In this document: piece by piece, positions 30,201 through 44,150 of the stretch
Position numbering within the stretch: the stretch's first letter is position 1
How the letters are laid out: each line of letters begins with the position of its first letter
Source of the DNA: the human T2T-CHM13v2.0 reference genome, Homo sapiens
Direction: 5' to 3' (one strand)
Assembly: GCF_009914755.1 (NCBI RefSeq)
Contig: NC_060933.1
Length of the DNA: 64,000 bases
The notes under the pieces: model-generated
Told to the model about the DNA's origin: nothing
The model's input: the letters and a program-made list of their open reading frames with translations, nothing else
Database searches by the model: none
Made by a program: the position numbers and the translations under genes

Positions 30201-33200
30201 TGCATTCCATTCCATTCCATTCCATTCCATTCCGGAAGATTCCATTCCATTGCATTCCATTCCATTCCATTCCATTCCATTCCATTCCATTCCATTCCAT
30301 TCCATTGCATTCCATTGTACTCGGGTTGATTCCATTCCATTGCATTCCATTCCATTCCATTCCATTCCGTTCCATTCCATTCCATTACATTCGGATTGAT
30401 TCTTTTCAACTCCCTTACTCTCCATTACATTCCATTCCATTCGGGTTGTTCCATTCCATTCCATTCCATTCCACTCCATTCCATTGCACTCGGGTTGATT
30501 CCATTCCATTCCATTCCGGATGATTCCATTCCATTGCATTCCGTTCCATTACATTCCCCTGCACTCGGGTTGATTCCATTCCATTCCTTTCCATTCCATT
30601 CGATTCCATTCCATTCCCCTGCACGCGCGTTGATTCCATTCCATTCCATTCCATTCCATTCCATTCCATTCCATTCCTTTCCGTTCCATTCCATTCCATT
30701 CCATTCCGTTCCGTTCCATACCATTCCATTCCATTCTATTCGGGTTAATTCCATTCCATTCCATTCGATTGCAATCGAGTTGATTCCATTCCATTCCATA
30801 CCATTCGATTGCAATCGAGTTGATTCCATTCCATTCCATTACATTCCATTCCATTCCAGTCCTTTCCATTCCTTTCAATTCCATTACTGATGATTCCATT
30901 CTATTGCATTCCATTCCATTCCATTCCCCTGTACTCGGGTTGATTCCATTCCATTCCATTCCAATCCATGCCATTCCACTCGTGTTGATTCCATTCTTTC
31001 CTTTCCATTCAAGTTGAATCCATTCCATTGCATTCCATTCCATTCGATTCCATTCGATTGCACTCGGGTTGATACCATTCCATTGCATTGCATTCCATTC
31101 CATTCCATTCCGTTCCATTCCATTTCATTACATTCAGATTGATTCTATTCAATTCCCTTACACTCCAATATATTCCAATCCATTCTGGTTGTTTCCATTC
31201 CATTCCATTCCATTTCACTCCATTCCATTGCAGTCGGGTTGATTCCATTCCATTCCATTCCATTGCATTCCATTCCATTCCATTCCGGATGATTCCATTA
31301 CATTGCATTCCATTTCATTCCATTCGCCTGCACTCGGGTTGATTCCATTTCATTCCATTCCATTACATTCCGTTCCATTCCATTCCATTCCATTCGGATT
31401 GATTCTATTCAATTCCCTTACGCTCCATTACATTCCATTCCATTCGGGTAGTTTCCATTCCATTCCATTCCATTCCTCTCCATTCCATTGCACTCGGGTT
31501 GATTCCATTCCATTCCATTCCATTCCATTCCATTCCATTCCATTCCATTACATTCCATTCCATTCCGTTCCATTGTACTCGGGTTGATTCCATTCCATTG
31601 CATTCCATTCCATTCCATTCCATTCCGTTCCATTCCATTACATTCGGATTGATTCTATTCAACTCCCTTACTCTCCATTACATTCCATTCCTTTCGGGTT
31701 GTTCCATTCCATTCCATTCCATTCCACTCCATTCCATTGCACTCGGGTTGATTCCATTCCATTCCATTCCATTCCATTCCATTCCATTCCATTCCATTCC
31801 ATTCCCCTGCACTCGCGTTGATTCCATTCCATTCCATTCTATTCCATTCCATTCCCTTCCTTTCCGTTCCATTCCATTCCATTCCATTCCATTCCGTTCC
31901 GTTCCGTTCCATTCCATTCCATTCCATTCTATTCGGGTTAATTCCACTCCATTCCATTCGATTGCAATCGAGTTGATTCCATTCCATTCCATTCCATTCC
32001 ATTCCATTCCATTCCATTCCTTTCCATTCCATTACGGATGATTCCATTCCATTGCATTCCATTCCATTCCATTTCGCTGTACTCGGGTTGATTCCATTCC
32101 ATTACATTCCCATCCATGCCATTCCACTCGTGTTGATTCCATTATTTCCATTCCATTCCCATCCATGCCATTCCACTCGTGTTGATTCCATTCTTTCCAT
32201 TCCATTCAAGTTGAATCCATTCCATTGCATTCCATTCCATTCGATTCCATTCGATTGCACTCGGGTTGATTCCATTCCACTGCATTCCATTCCATTCCAT
32301 TCCATTCCATTCTGTTCCATTCCATTCCATTACATTCGGATTGATTCTATTCAATTCCCTTAGACTCCATTACATTCCATTCCATTCCTGTAGTTTCCAT
32401 TCCATTCCATTCCATTCCTCTCCATTCCATTGCACTCGGGTTGATTCCATTCCATTCCATTCCATTCCATTCCATTCCATTCCATTCCGTTCCATTCCAT
32501 TCCATTACATTCGGATTGATTCTATTCAACTCCCTTACTCTCCATTACATTACATTCCATTCGTGTTGTTCCATTCCATTCCATTCCATTCCACTCCATT
32601 CCATTGCACTCGGGTTTATTCCATTCCATTCCATTCCATTCCATTCCATTCCGGAAGATTCCATTCCATTGCATTCCATTCCATTCCATTCCCCTGCACT
32701 CGCGTTGATTCCATTCCATTCCATTCCATTCCATTCCTTTCCGTTCCATTCCATTCCATTCCATTCCATTCCAATCCATTCCATTCCGTTCCGTTCCGTT
32801 CCATTCCATTCCATTCTATTCTATTCGGGTTAATTCCATTCCATTCCGTTCGATTGCAATCGAGTTGATTCCATTCCATTCCATTCCATTCCATTCCTTT
32901 CCATTCCATTACGGATGATTCCATTCCATTGCATTCCATTCCATTCCATTCCTCTGTACTCGGGTTGATTCCATTCCATTCCATTCCAATCCATGCCATT
33001 CCACTCGTGTTGATTCCATTCTTTCCATTTCATTCAAGTTGAATCCATTCCTTTGCATTCCATTCCATTCCATTCCCCTGCAGTCAGGTTGTTTCCATTC
33101 CATTCCATTCCATTCCCCTGCTGTCGGGTTCTTTCCATTCCATTCCATTCCATTCCATTCCCCTGCACTTGCGTTGATTCCATTCCATTCCATTCCATTC

Positions 33201-34749
33201 CATTCCATTCCATTCCATTCCTTTCCGTTCCATTCCATTCCATTCCGTTCCATTCCAATCCATTCCATTCCGTTTCGTTCCGTTCCATTCCATTCCATTC
33301 CATTCTATTCGGGTTAATTCCATTCCATTCCGTTCAATTGCAATCGAGTTGATTCCATTCCATTCCATTCCATTCCTTTCCATTCCATTACGGATGATTC
33401 CATTCCATTGCATTCCATTCCATTCCATTCCCCTGTACTCGGGTTGATTCCATTCCATTCCATTCCAATGCATGCCATTCCACTCGTGTTGATTCCATTC
33501 TTTCCATTCCATTCAAGTTGAATCCATTCCATTGCATTCCATTCCATTGCATTCCCCTGCAGTCGGGTTGTTTCCATTCCATTCCATTCCATTCCATTCC
33601 ATTCCATTCCATTCCGTTCCGTTCCATTCCATTCCATTCCATTCTATTCGGGTTAATTCCATTCCATTCCATTCCATTCCATTCCATTCCATTCCATTCC
33701 ATTCCAATCGAGTTGATTCCATTCCATTCCATTCCATTCCATTCCACTCCATTCCAGTCCTTTCCATTCCATTCCAGTCGGGTTGATTCCAATGTATTCC
33801 TTTCCATTCCATTCCATTCCATTGCAATCGAGTTGATTCCATTGCTTTGCATTCCATTCCATTCCATTCCATTCCATTCCGCAGGATTCCATTCCATTGC
33901 ATTCCATTCCATTCCATTCCCCTGCACTCGGGTTGATTCCATACCATTCCACTCCATTCCGTTCCATTCCATTCCATTCCATTGTATTCGGGTTAATTCC
34001 ATTCCATTCCAATCCATTCCATTCCATTCCATTACAATCGAGTTGATTCCATTCCATTCCATTCCATTCCAGTCCCTTCCATTCCATTCCACTCGGGTTG
34101 ATTCCATTCTATTAGTTTCCATTCCATTCCATTCCCTTCCATTCCACTCTGGATGATTCCATTCCTTTCCATTCCACTCGAATACATTCCCTCCTATTCC
34201 CCTCGGAACGATTCCATTCCATTCCATTCCATTCCATTCCATTCCATTCCACTCCATTCCATTGCACTCGGGTTGATTCCATTCCATTCCATTCCATTCC
34301 ATTCCGTTCCATTCCATTGCGGATGATTCCATTCCATTGCATTCCGTTCCATTACATTCCCCTGCACTCGCGTTGATTCCATTCCATTCCATTCCATTCC
34401 ATTCAATTCCATTCCATTACTATTCGTTCCATTCCATTCTATTCCGTACCATTCCATTCTGTTCCATACCATTCCATTCCATTCCATTCCATTCCGTTCC
34501 ATTCCGTTCCATTACATTCCATTCCATTCTATTCGAATTACTTCCATTCCATTCCATTGCATTCCATTCTATTCCATTCCATTGCAATCGAGTTGAACCC
34601 ATTGCATTTCATTCCATTCCATTCCATTCCATTCCATTCCGGAAGATTCCATTCCATTGCATTCCATTCCAATCCATTCCCCTGCACTCGAGTTGATTCC
34701 ATTCCATTCCATTCCATTCCATTCCATTCCGTTCCGTTCCGTTCCTTTC

Positions 34750-36060
34750 CATTCCATTACATTCGGATTCATTCTATTCAACTCCCTTACTCTCCATTAC
34801 ATTCCATTCCATTCGGGTTGTTCCATTCCATTCCATTCCATTCCACTCCATTCCATTGCACTCGGGTTGATTCCATTCCATTCCATTCCATTCCATTCCA
34901 TTCCATTCCATTCCGGAAGATTCCATTCCATTGCATTCCATTCCATTCCATTCCCCTGCACTCGCGTTGATTCCATTCCATTCCATTCTATTCCATTCCA
35001 TTCCCTTCCTTTTCGGTCCATTCCATTCCATTCCATTCCATTCCATTCTATTCGGGTTAATTCCATTCCATTCCATTCCATTCCATTACAATCGAGTTGA
35101 TTCCATTCCATTCCATTCCATTCCAGTCTTTTCCATTCCATTCCTCTCGGGTTGATTCCATTCTATTAGTTTCCATTCCATTCCATTCCCTTCAATTCCA
35201 CTCTGGTTGATTCCATTCCTTTCCATTCCACTCGAATACATTCCCTCCTATTCCACTCGGAACGATTCCATTCCATTCCATTCCATTCCATTCCATTCCA
35301 TTCCATTCCATTTCGTTCCATTCCATTCTATTCCGTATCATTCCATTCCATTCAATTCCCTTCCATTCCATTCCATTCCATTCCATTTCGTTCCATTCCA
35401 TTCTATTCCGTATCATTCCATTCCATTCCATTCCATTCCATTCCATTCAATTCCATTCCGTTCCATTCCATTCCATTACATTCGGATTCATTCTATTCAA
35501 CTCCCTTACTCTCCATTACATTCCATTCCATTCGGGTTGTTCCATTCCATTCCATTCCATTCCACTCCATTCCATTGCACTCGGGTTGATTCCATTCCAT
35601 TCCATTCCATTCCATTCCATTCCATTCCGGAAGATTCCATTCCATTGCATTCCATTCCATTCCATTCCCCTGCACTCGCGTTGTTTCCATTCCATTCCAT
35701 TCTATTCCATTCCATTCCCTTCCTTTTCTTTCCATTCCATTCCATTCCATTCCATTCCATTCGGGTTAATTCCATTCCATTCCATTCCATTCCATTACAA
35801 TCGAGTTGATTCCATTCCATTCCATTCCATTCCACTCTTTTCCATTCCATTCCTCTCGGGTTGATTCCATTCTATTAGTTTCCATTCCATTCCATTCCCT
35901 TCCATTCCACTCTGGTTGATTCCATTCCTTTCCATTCCACTCGAATACATTCCCTCCTATTCCACTCGGAACGATTCCATTCCATTCCATTCCATTCCAT
36001 TCCATTCCATTCCATTCCATTCCATTTCGTTCCATTCCATTCTATTCCGTATCATTCCAT
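34750..36060 (+). repeat. Tandem duplication of about 710-720 bp
   Basis: Private variants ATTCGGATTCATT 34761/35480 and CCTCTCGGG 35143/35852. Confidence 0.82.
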
Positions 36061-39000
36061 TCCATTCCATTCCATTCCATTCCATTCCATTCCATTCCAT
36101 TCCATTCCATTCCATTGTACTCGGGTTGATTCAATTCCATTGCCTTCCATTCCATTCCATTCCATTTGATTGCACTCGGGTTGATTCCATTCCATTCCAT
36201 TCCATTCCATTCCATTCCATTCCATTCCGTTCCATTCCATTCCATTACATTCGGATTGATTCTATTCAATTCCCTTACACTCCATTACATTCCATTCCAT
36301 TCGGGTAGTTTCCATTCCATTCCATTCCATTCCTCTCCATTCCATTGCACTCGGGTTGATTCCATTCCATTGCATTCCATTCCATACCGTTCAATTCCAT
36401 TCCATTCCATTCCATTCCATTACATTCGGATTGATTCTATTCAACTCCCTTACTCTCCATTACATTCGATTCCATTCGGGTTGTTCCATTCCATTCCATT
36501 CCATTCCACTCCATTCCATTGCACTCGGGTTGATTCCATTCAATTCCATTCCATTCCATTCCATTCCATTCCATTCCATTCCATTCCGGAAGGTTCCATT
36601 CCATTACATTCCATTCCATTCCATTCCCCTGCACTCACGTTGATTCCATTCCATTCCATTTCATTCCATTCCATTCCATTCCATTCCATTCCATTCCATT
36701 CCTTTCCGTTCCATTCCATTCCATTCCATTCCATTCCATTCCGTTCCGTTCCGTTCCGTTCCATTGCATTCCATTCCATTCTATTCGGGTTAATTCCATT
36801 CCATTCCATTCGATTGCAATCGAGTTGATTCCATGCCATTCCATTCCATTCCATTCCATTCCATTCCATACCTTTCCATTCCATTACGGATGATTCCATT
36901 GCATTGCATTCCATTCCATTCCTTTCCCCTGTACTCGGGTTGATTCCATTCCATTCCATTCCAATCCATGCCATTCCACTCGTGTTGATTCCATTCTTTC
37001 CATTCCATTCAAGTTGAATCCATTCCATTGCTTTCCATTCCATTCCATTCCCCTGCAGTCGGGTTGATTCCATTCCATTCCATTCCATTCCATTCCATTC
37101 CATTCCATTCCATTTCATTCCGTTCCGTTCCGTTCCGTTCCATTCCATTCCATTCCATTCTATTCTGGTTAATTCCATTCCATTCCATTCCATTCCAATC
37201 GAGTTGATTCTATTCCATTCCATTCCATTCCATTCCACTCCATTCCAGTCCATTCCATTCCACTCCACTCGGGTTGATTCCAATGTATTCCTTTCCATTC
37301 CATTCCATTCCATTGCAATCGAGTTGATTTCATTGCTTTGCATTCCATTCCATTCCATTCCATTCCGGATGATTCCATTCCATTGCATTCCATTCCATTC
37401 CGTTCCTCTGCACTCGGGTTGATTCCATTCCATTCCACTCCATTCCGTTCCATTCCATTCCATTCCATTGTATTCGGGTTAATTCCATTCCATTCCAGTC
37501 CATTCCATTCCATTCCATTCTATTACAATCGAGTTGATTCCATTCCATTCCATTCCATTCCATTCCATTCCAGTCCTTTCCATTCCATTCCACTCGGGTT
37601 GATTCCATTCTATTTGTTTCCATTCCATTCCATTCCCTTCCATTCCACTCTGCTGATTCCATTCCTTTCCATTCCACTCGAATACATTCCCTCCTATTCC
37701 ACTCGGAACGATTCCATTCCATTCCATTCCATTCCATTCCATTCCATTCCATTCCATTTCGTTCCATTCCATTCTATTCCGTATCATTCCATTCCATTCC
37801 ATTCCATTCCATTCCATTCCACTCGTGTTGATTGCATTCCTTTCCATTGCATTAGGTTTGAAGGCATTCCATTCCATTCCATTCCATTCCATTCCATTCC
37901 ATTCCATTGTACTCGGGTTGATTCCATTCCATTCCATTCCATTCCATTCCATTCCGGATGATTCCCTTCCATTGCATTCCATTCCTTTCCATTCCCCTGC
38001 ACTCGGGTTGATTCCATTCCATTCCATTCCATTACATTCCGTTCCATTCCATTCCATTCCATTCGGATTGATTCTATTCAATTCCCTTACATTCCATTAC
38101 ATTCCATTCCATTCGGGTAGTTTCCATTCCATTCCATTCCGTTCCTCTCCATTCCATTGCACTCGGGTTGATTCCATTCCATTCCATTCCATTCCATTCC
38201 ATTCCATTCCATTCCATTCCATTCCGTTCCATTGTACTCGGGTTGATTCCATTCCATTGCATTCCATTCCATTCCATTCCATTACATTCCATTCCATTCC
38301 ATTCCATTCCTTTCCATTCCATTACTTTCGAATTGATTCTATTCAACTGCCTTACTCTCCATTACATTCCATTCCATTCGGGTTGTTCCATTCCATTCCA
38401 TTCCATTCCACTCCATTCCATTGCACTCGGGTTGATTCCATTCCATTCCATTCAGGATGATTCCATTCCATTGCATTCCGTTCCATTACATTCCCCTGCA
38501 CTCGGGTTGATTCCATTCCATTCCATTCCATTCCATTCGATTCCATTCCATTCCAATTCATTCCATTCCATTCTATTCCGTACCATTCCATTCCATTCCA
38601 TACAATTCCATTCCGTTCCATTCCACTCCGTTCCGTTCCGTTCAGTTCCGTTCCGTTCCGTTCCATTCCTTTCCATTCCATTCTATTCGGTTTAATTCCA
38701 TTCCATTCCATTCCATTCCATTCTATTCCATTCCATTGCAATCGAGTTGAATCCATTGCATTCCATTACATTCCATTCCATTCCATTCCTTTCCATTCCG
38801 GAAGATTCCATTCCATTGCATTCCATTCCATTCCATTCCGTTCCATTCCATTCCATTCCATTCCATTCCATTCCATTGTACTCGGGTTGATTCCATTCCA
38901 TTGCATTCCATTCCATTCCATTCCATTCCATTACATTCCGTTCCATTCCATTCCATTCCATTCGGATTGATTCTTTTCAACTCCCTTACTCTCCATTCCA

Positions 39001-42000
39001 TTCCATTCCATTCGGGTTGTTCCATTCCATTCCATTCCATTCCACTCCATTCCATTGTACTCGGGTTGATTCCATTCCATTCCATTCCATTCCATTCCGG
39101 ATGATTCCTTTCCATTGCATTCCGTTCCATTACATTCCCCTGCACTCGGGTTGATTCCATTCCATTCCATTCCATTCGATTCCATTCCATTCTCCTGCAC
39201 TCGCGTTGATTCCATTCCATTCCATTCCATTCCATTCCATTCCATTCCATTCCATTCCATTCCTTTCCATTCCAGTCCTTTCCATTCCATTCCACTAGGG
39301 TTGATTCCATTCTATTATTTTCCATTCCATTCCATTCCCTTCCATTCCACTCTGGTTGATTCCATTCCTTTCCATTCCTCTCGAATACATTCCCTCCTAT
39401 TCCACTCGGAACGATTCCATTCCATTCCATTCCATTCCATTCCATTCCATTCCATTCCATTCCATTCCATTCCATTTCGTTCCATTCCATCCTATTCCGT
39501 ATCATTCCATTCCATTCCATTCCATTCCATTCCATTCCACTCGTGTTGATTCCATTCCTTTCCATTCCATTCGGGTTGAAGGCATTCCATTCCATTCCAT
39601 TCCATTCCGTTCCATTCCATTCCATTACATTCGGATTGATTCTATTCAATTCCCTTACACTCCATTACATTCCATTCCATTCGGGTAGTTTCCATTCCAT
39701 TCCATTCCATTCCTCTCCATTCCATTGCACTCGGGTTGATTCCATTCCATTCCATTCCATTCCATTCCATTCCGGATGATTCCATTCCATTGCATTCCGT
39801 TCCATTACATTCCCCTGCACTCGCGTTGATTCCATTCCATTCCATTCCATTCCATTGAATTCCATTCCATTACAATTCCTTCCATTCCATTCTATTCCGT
39901 ACCATTCCATTCCATTCCATACCATTCCATTGCATTCCATTCCATTACATTCCATTCCATTCCACTCCATTCCAGTCCTTTCCATTCCATTCCAACCAGG
40001 TTGATTCCATTCTATTCCTTTCCATTCGATCTCTTTCCATTGCAATCGAGTTGATTCCATTGCTTTGCATTCCATTCCATTCCATTCCATTCCGGATGAT
40101 TCCATTCCATTGCATTCCATTCCATTCCATTCCCCTGCACTCGGGTTGAATCCATTCCATTCCACTCCATTCCGTTCCATTCCATTCCATTCCATTCCAT
40201 TCCATTGTATTCGGGTTAATTCCATTCCATTCCATTCCATTCCATTCCATTCCATTCCATTACAATCGAGTTGATTCCATTCCATTCCATTCCATTCCAT
40301 TCCAGTCCTTTCCATTCCATTCCACTCGGGTTGATTCCAATCTATTAGTTTCCATTCCATTCCATTCCCTTCCATTCCTCTCTGGTTGATTCCATTCCTT
40401 TCCATTCCACTCGAATACATTCCCTCCTATTCCACTCCGAACGATTCCATTCCATTCCATTCCATTCCATTCCATTCCGTTCCATTCCATTCCATTACAT
40501 TCGGATTGATACTATTCAATTCCCTTACACTCCAGTACATTCCATTCCATTCGGGTAGTTTCCATTCCATTCCATTCCATTCCTCTCCATTCCATTGCAC
40601 TCGGGTTGATTCCACTCCATTGCATTCCATTCCATTCCATTCAATTCCATTCCGTTCCATTCCATTCCATTACATTCGGATTGATTCTATTCAACTCCCT
40701 TACTCTCCATTACATTCCATTCCATTCGGGTTGTTCCATTCCATTCCATTCCATTCCACTCCATTCCATTGCACTCGGGTTGATTCCATTCCATTCCATT
40801 CCATTCCATTCCATTCCATTCCATTCCATTCCGGATGATTCCATTCCATTACATTCCGTTCCATTACATTCCCCTGCACTCGGGTTGATTCCATTCCATT
40901 CCATTCCATTCCATTCCATTCCATTCCAATTCTTTCCATTCCATTCTATTCCGTACCATTCCATTCCATTCCATACAATTCCATTCCATTCCATTCCATT
41001 CCGTTCCGTTCCGTTCCGTTCCGTTCCGTTCCATTCCATTCCATTCCATTCTATTCGGGTTAATTCCATTCCGTTCCATTCCATTCCATTCTATTCCATT
41101 CCATTGCAATCGAGTTGAATCCATTGCATTCCATTCCATTCCATTCCGGAAGATTCCATTGCATTGCATTCCATTCCATTCCATTCCCCTGCACTCGTGT
41201 TGATTCCATTCCATTCCATTCCATTCCATTCCATTCCGATCCGTTCCATTCCATTCCATTCCATTCCATTCCATTCCATTCCATTCCGTTCCGTTCCGTT
41301 CCATTCCATTCCATTCCATTCTATGCGGGTTAATTCCATTCCATTCCATTCGATTGCAATCGAGTTGATTCCATTCCATTCCATTCCATTCCATTCCATT
41401 CCATTCCATTCCTTTCCATTAAATTACGTATGATTCCATTCCATTTTATTCCATTCCATTCCATTCCCCTGTACTCTGGTTGATTCCATTCCATTCCATT
41501 CCAATCCATGCCATTCCACTCGTGTTGATTCCATTCTTTCCATTCCATTCAAGTTGAATCCATTCAATTGCATTCCATTCCATTCGATTCCATTCGATTG
41601 CACTCGGGTTGATTCCATGGCATTGCATTTCATTCCATTCCATTCCATTCCTTTCCATTCCATTCCATTCCATTCGGATTCATTCTATTCAATTCCCTTA
41701 CACTCCATTACATTCCATTCCATTCGGGTAGTTTCCATTCCATTCCATTCCATTCCTCTCCATTCCATTGCACTCGGGTTGATTCCATTCCATTCCATTC
41801 CATTCCATTCCATTCCATTCCGGATGATTCCATTCCATTGAATTCCATTCCATTCCATTCCCCTGCACTTGGGTTGATTCCATTCCATTCCATTCCATTC
41901 CTTTCTGTTCCATTCCATTCCATTCCATTCCATTCTATTCGTGTTAATTCCATTCCATTCTATTCCATTCCATTCCATTGAAATCGAGTTGATTCCATTC

Positions 42001-43369
42001 CATTCCATTCCATTCCATTCCATTCCATTCCGGATGATTCCATTGCATTGCATTCCATTCCATTCCATTCCCCTGCACTCGGGTTGATTCCATTCGATTC
42101 CATTGCATTACATTCCGTTCCATTCCGTTCCATTTCATTCTATTCGGGTTAATTCCATTCCATTGCATTCCACTCCATTCCAGTCCTTTCCATTCCATTC
42201 CACTCGGGTTGATTCCATTCTATTCCTTTCCATTCCATTCCATTCCATTGCAATCGAGTTGATTCCATTCGAGTTGAATCCATTCCATTCCATTCCATTC
42301 CATTGCACACGGGTTCATTCCATTCCATTCCATTCCATTCCATTCCATTCCATTCCATTTCATTCCATTCCATTCTATTCCGTACCATTCCATTCCATCC
42401 CATTCCATTCCGTTCCATTCCATGCCATTACACTCGGGTTGATTCCATTCCTTTCCATTCCATTCTTGTTGAATCCATTCCATTCCATTCCATTCCATTC
42501 GAATCCATTCCATTGCACTCGGGTTGATTCCATTCCATTCCATTCCATTCCATTTCATTCCATTCCATTCCATTACATTCGGATTGATTCTATTCAATTC
42601 CCTTACACTCCATTACATTCCATTCCATTCGGGATGTTTCCATTCCATTCCATTCCATTCCACTCCATTCCATTGCATCAGGTTGATGGCATTCCATTCC
42701 ATTCCATTCCATTCCGGATGATTCCATTCCATTGCATTCCATTCCATTCCATTCCCCTGCACTCGGGTTGATTCCATTCCATTCCATTCCATTCCATTCC
42801 ATTCCGTTCCATTCCATTCCATTCCATTCTATTCTGGTTAATTCCATTCCATAACATTCGATTCCATTCCATTCCCTTCCATTCCATTGCAATCGAGTTG
42901 ATTCCATTCCATTCCATTCCATTCCGTTCCGGATGATTCCATTCCATTCCATTCCATTCCATTCCCCTGCAGTCGGGTTGATTCCATTCCATTCCATTCC
43001 ATTCCATTCCATTCCATTCCATTCCATTTCGTTCCATTCCATTCCATTCCATTCTATTCGGGTGAATTCCATTCCATTCCATTCCATTCCATTCCATTCC
43101 ATTCCACTCCATTCCAGTCCTTTCCATTCCATTACACTCGGGTGATTCCATTCTATTCCTTTCCATTCCATTCCATTCCATTGCAATCGAGTTGATTCCA
43201 TTGCTTTGCATTCCATTCCATTCCATTCCATTCCGGATGATTCCATTCCGTTGCATTCCTTTCCATTACATTCCCCTGCACTCGGGTTTATTCCATTCCA
43301 TTCCATTCCATTACATTCGATTCCATTCCATTCCCCTGCACTCGCGTTGATTCCATTCCATTCCATTCC

Positions 43370-44150
43370 ATTCCATTCCATTCCTTTCCGTTCCATTCCA
43401 TTCCATTCCATTCCATTCCGTTCCGTTCCATTCCATTCCATTCCATTCTATTCGCGTTAATTCCATTCCATTCCATTCGATTGCAATCGAGTTGATTCCA
43501 TTCCATTCCATTCCATTCCATTCCATTCCATTCCTTTCCATTCCATTACGGATGATTCTATTCCATTGCATTCCATTCCATTCCATTCCCCTGTACTCGG
43601 GTTGATTCCATTGCATTCCATTCCATTCCATTCCCCTGCAGTTGGGTTGATTCCATTCCATTCCATTCCATTCCATTCCATTCCATTCCGTTCCGTTCCG
43701 TTCCGTTCCATTCCATTCCATTCCATTCTATTCGGGTTAATTCCATTCCATTCCATTCCATTCCATTCCATTCCTTTCCGTTCCATTCCATTCCATTCCA
43801 TTCCATTCCGTTCCGTTCCATTCCATTCCATTCCATTCTATTCGCGTTAATTCCATTCCATTCCATTCGATTGCAATCTAGTTGATTCCATTCCATTCCA
43901 TTCCATTCCATTCCATTCCATTCCATTCCATTCCATTCCATTCCATTCCATTACGGATGATTCTATTCCATTGCATTCCATTCCATTCCATTCCCCTGTA
44001 CTCGAGTTGATTCCATTGCATTCCATTCCATTCCATTCCCCTGCAGTCGGGTTGATTCCATTCCATTCCATTCCATTCCATTCCATTGCATTCTGTTCCG
44101 TTCCGTTCCATTCCATTCCATTCCATTCTATTCGGGTTAATTCCATTCCA
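43370..44150 (+). repeat. Tandem duplication of about 390-405 bp
   Basis: Private variants TTCGCGTTAA 43451/43841 and GATGATTCTA 43551/43956. Confidence 0.82.
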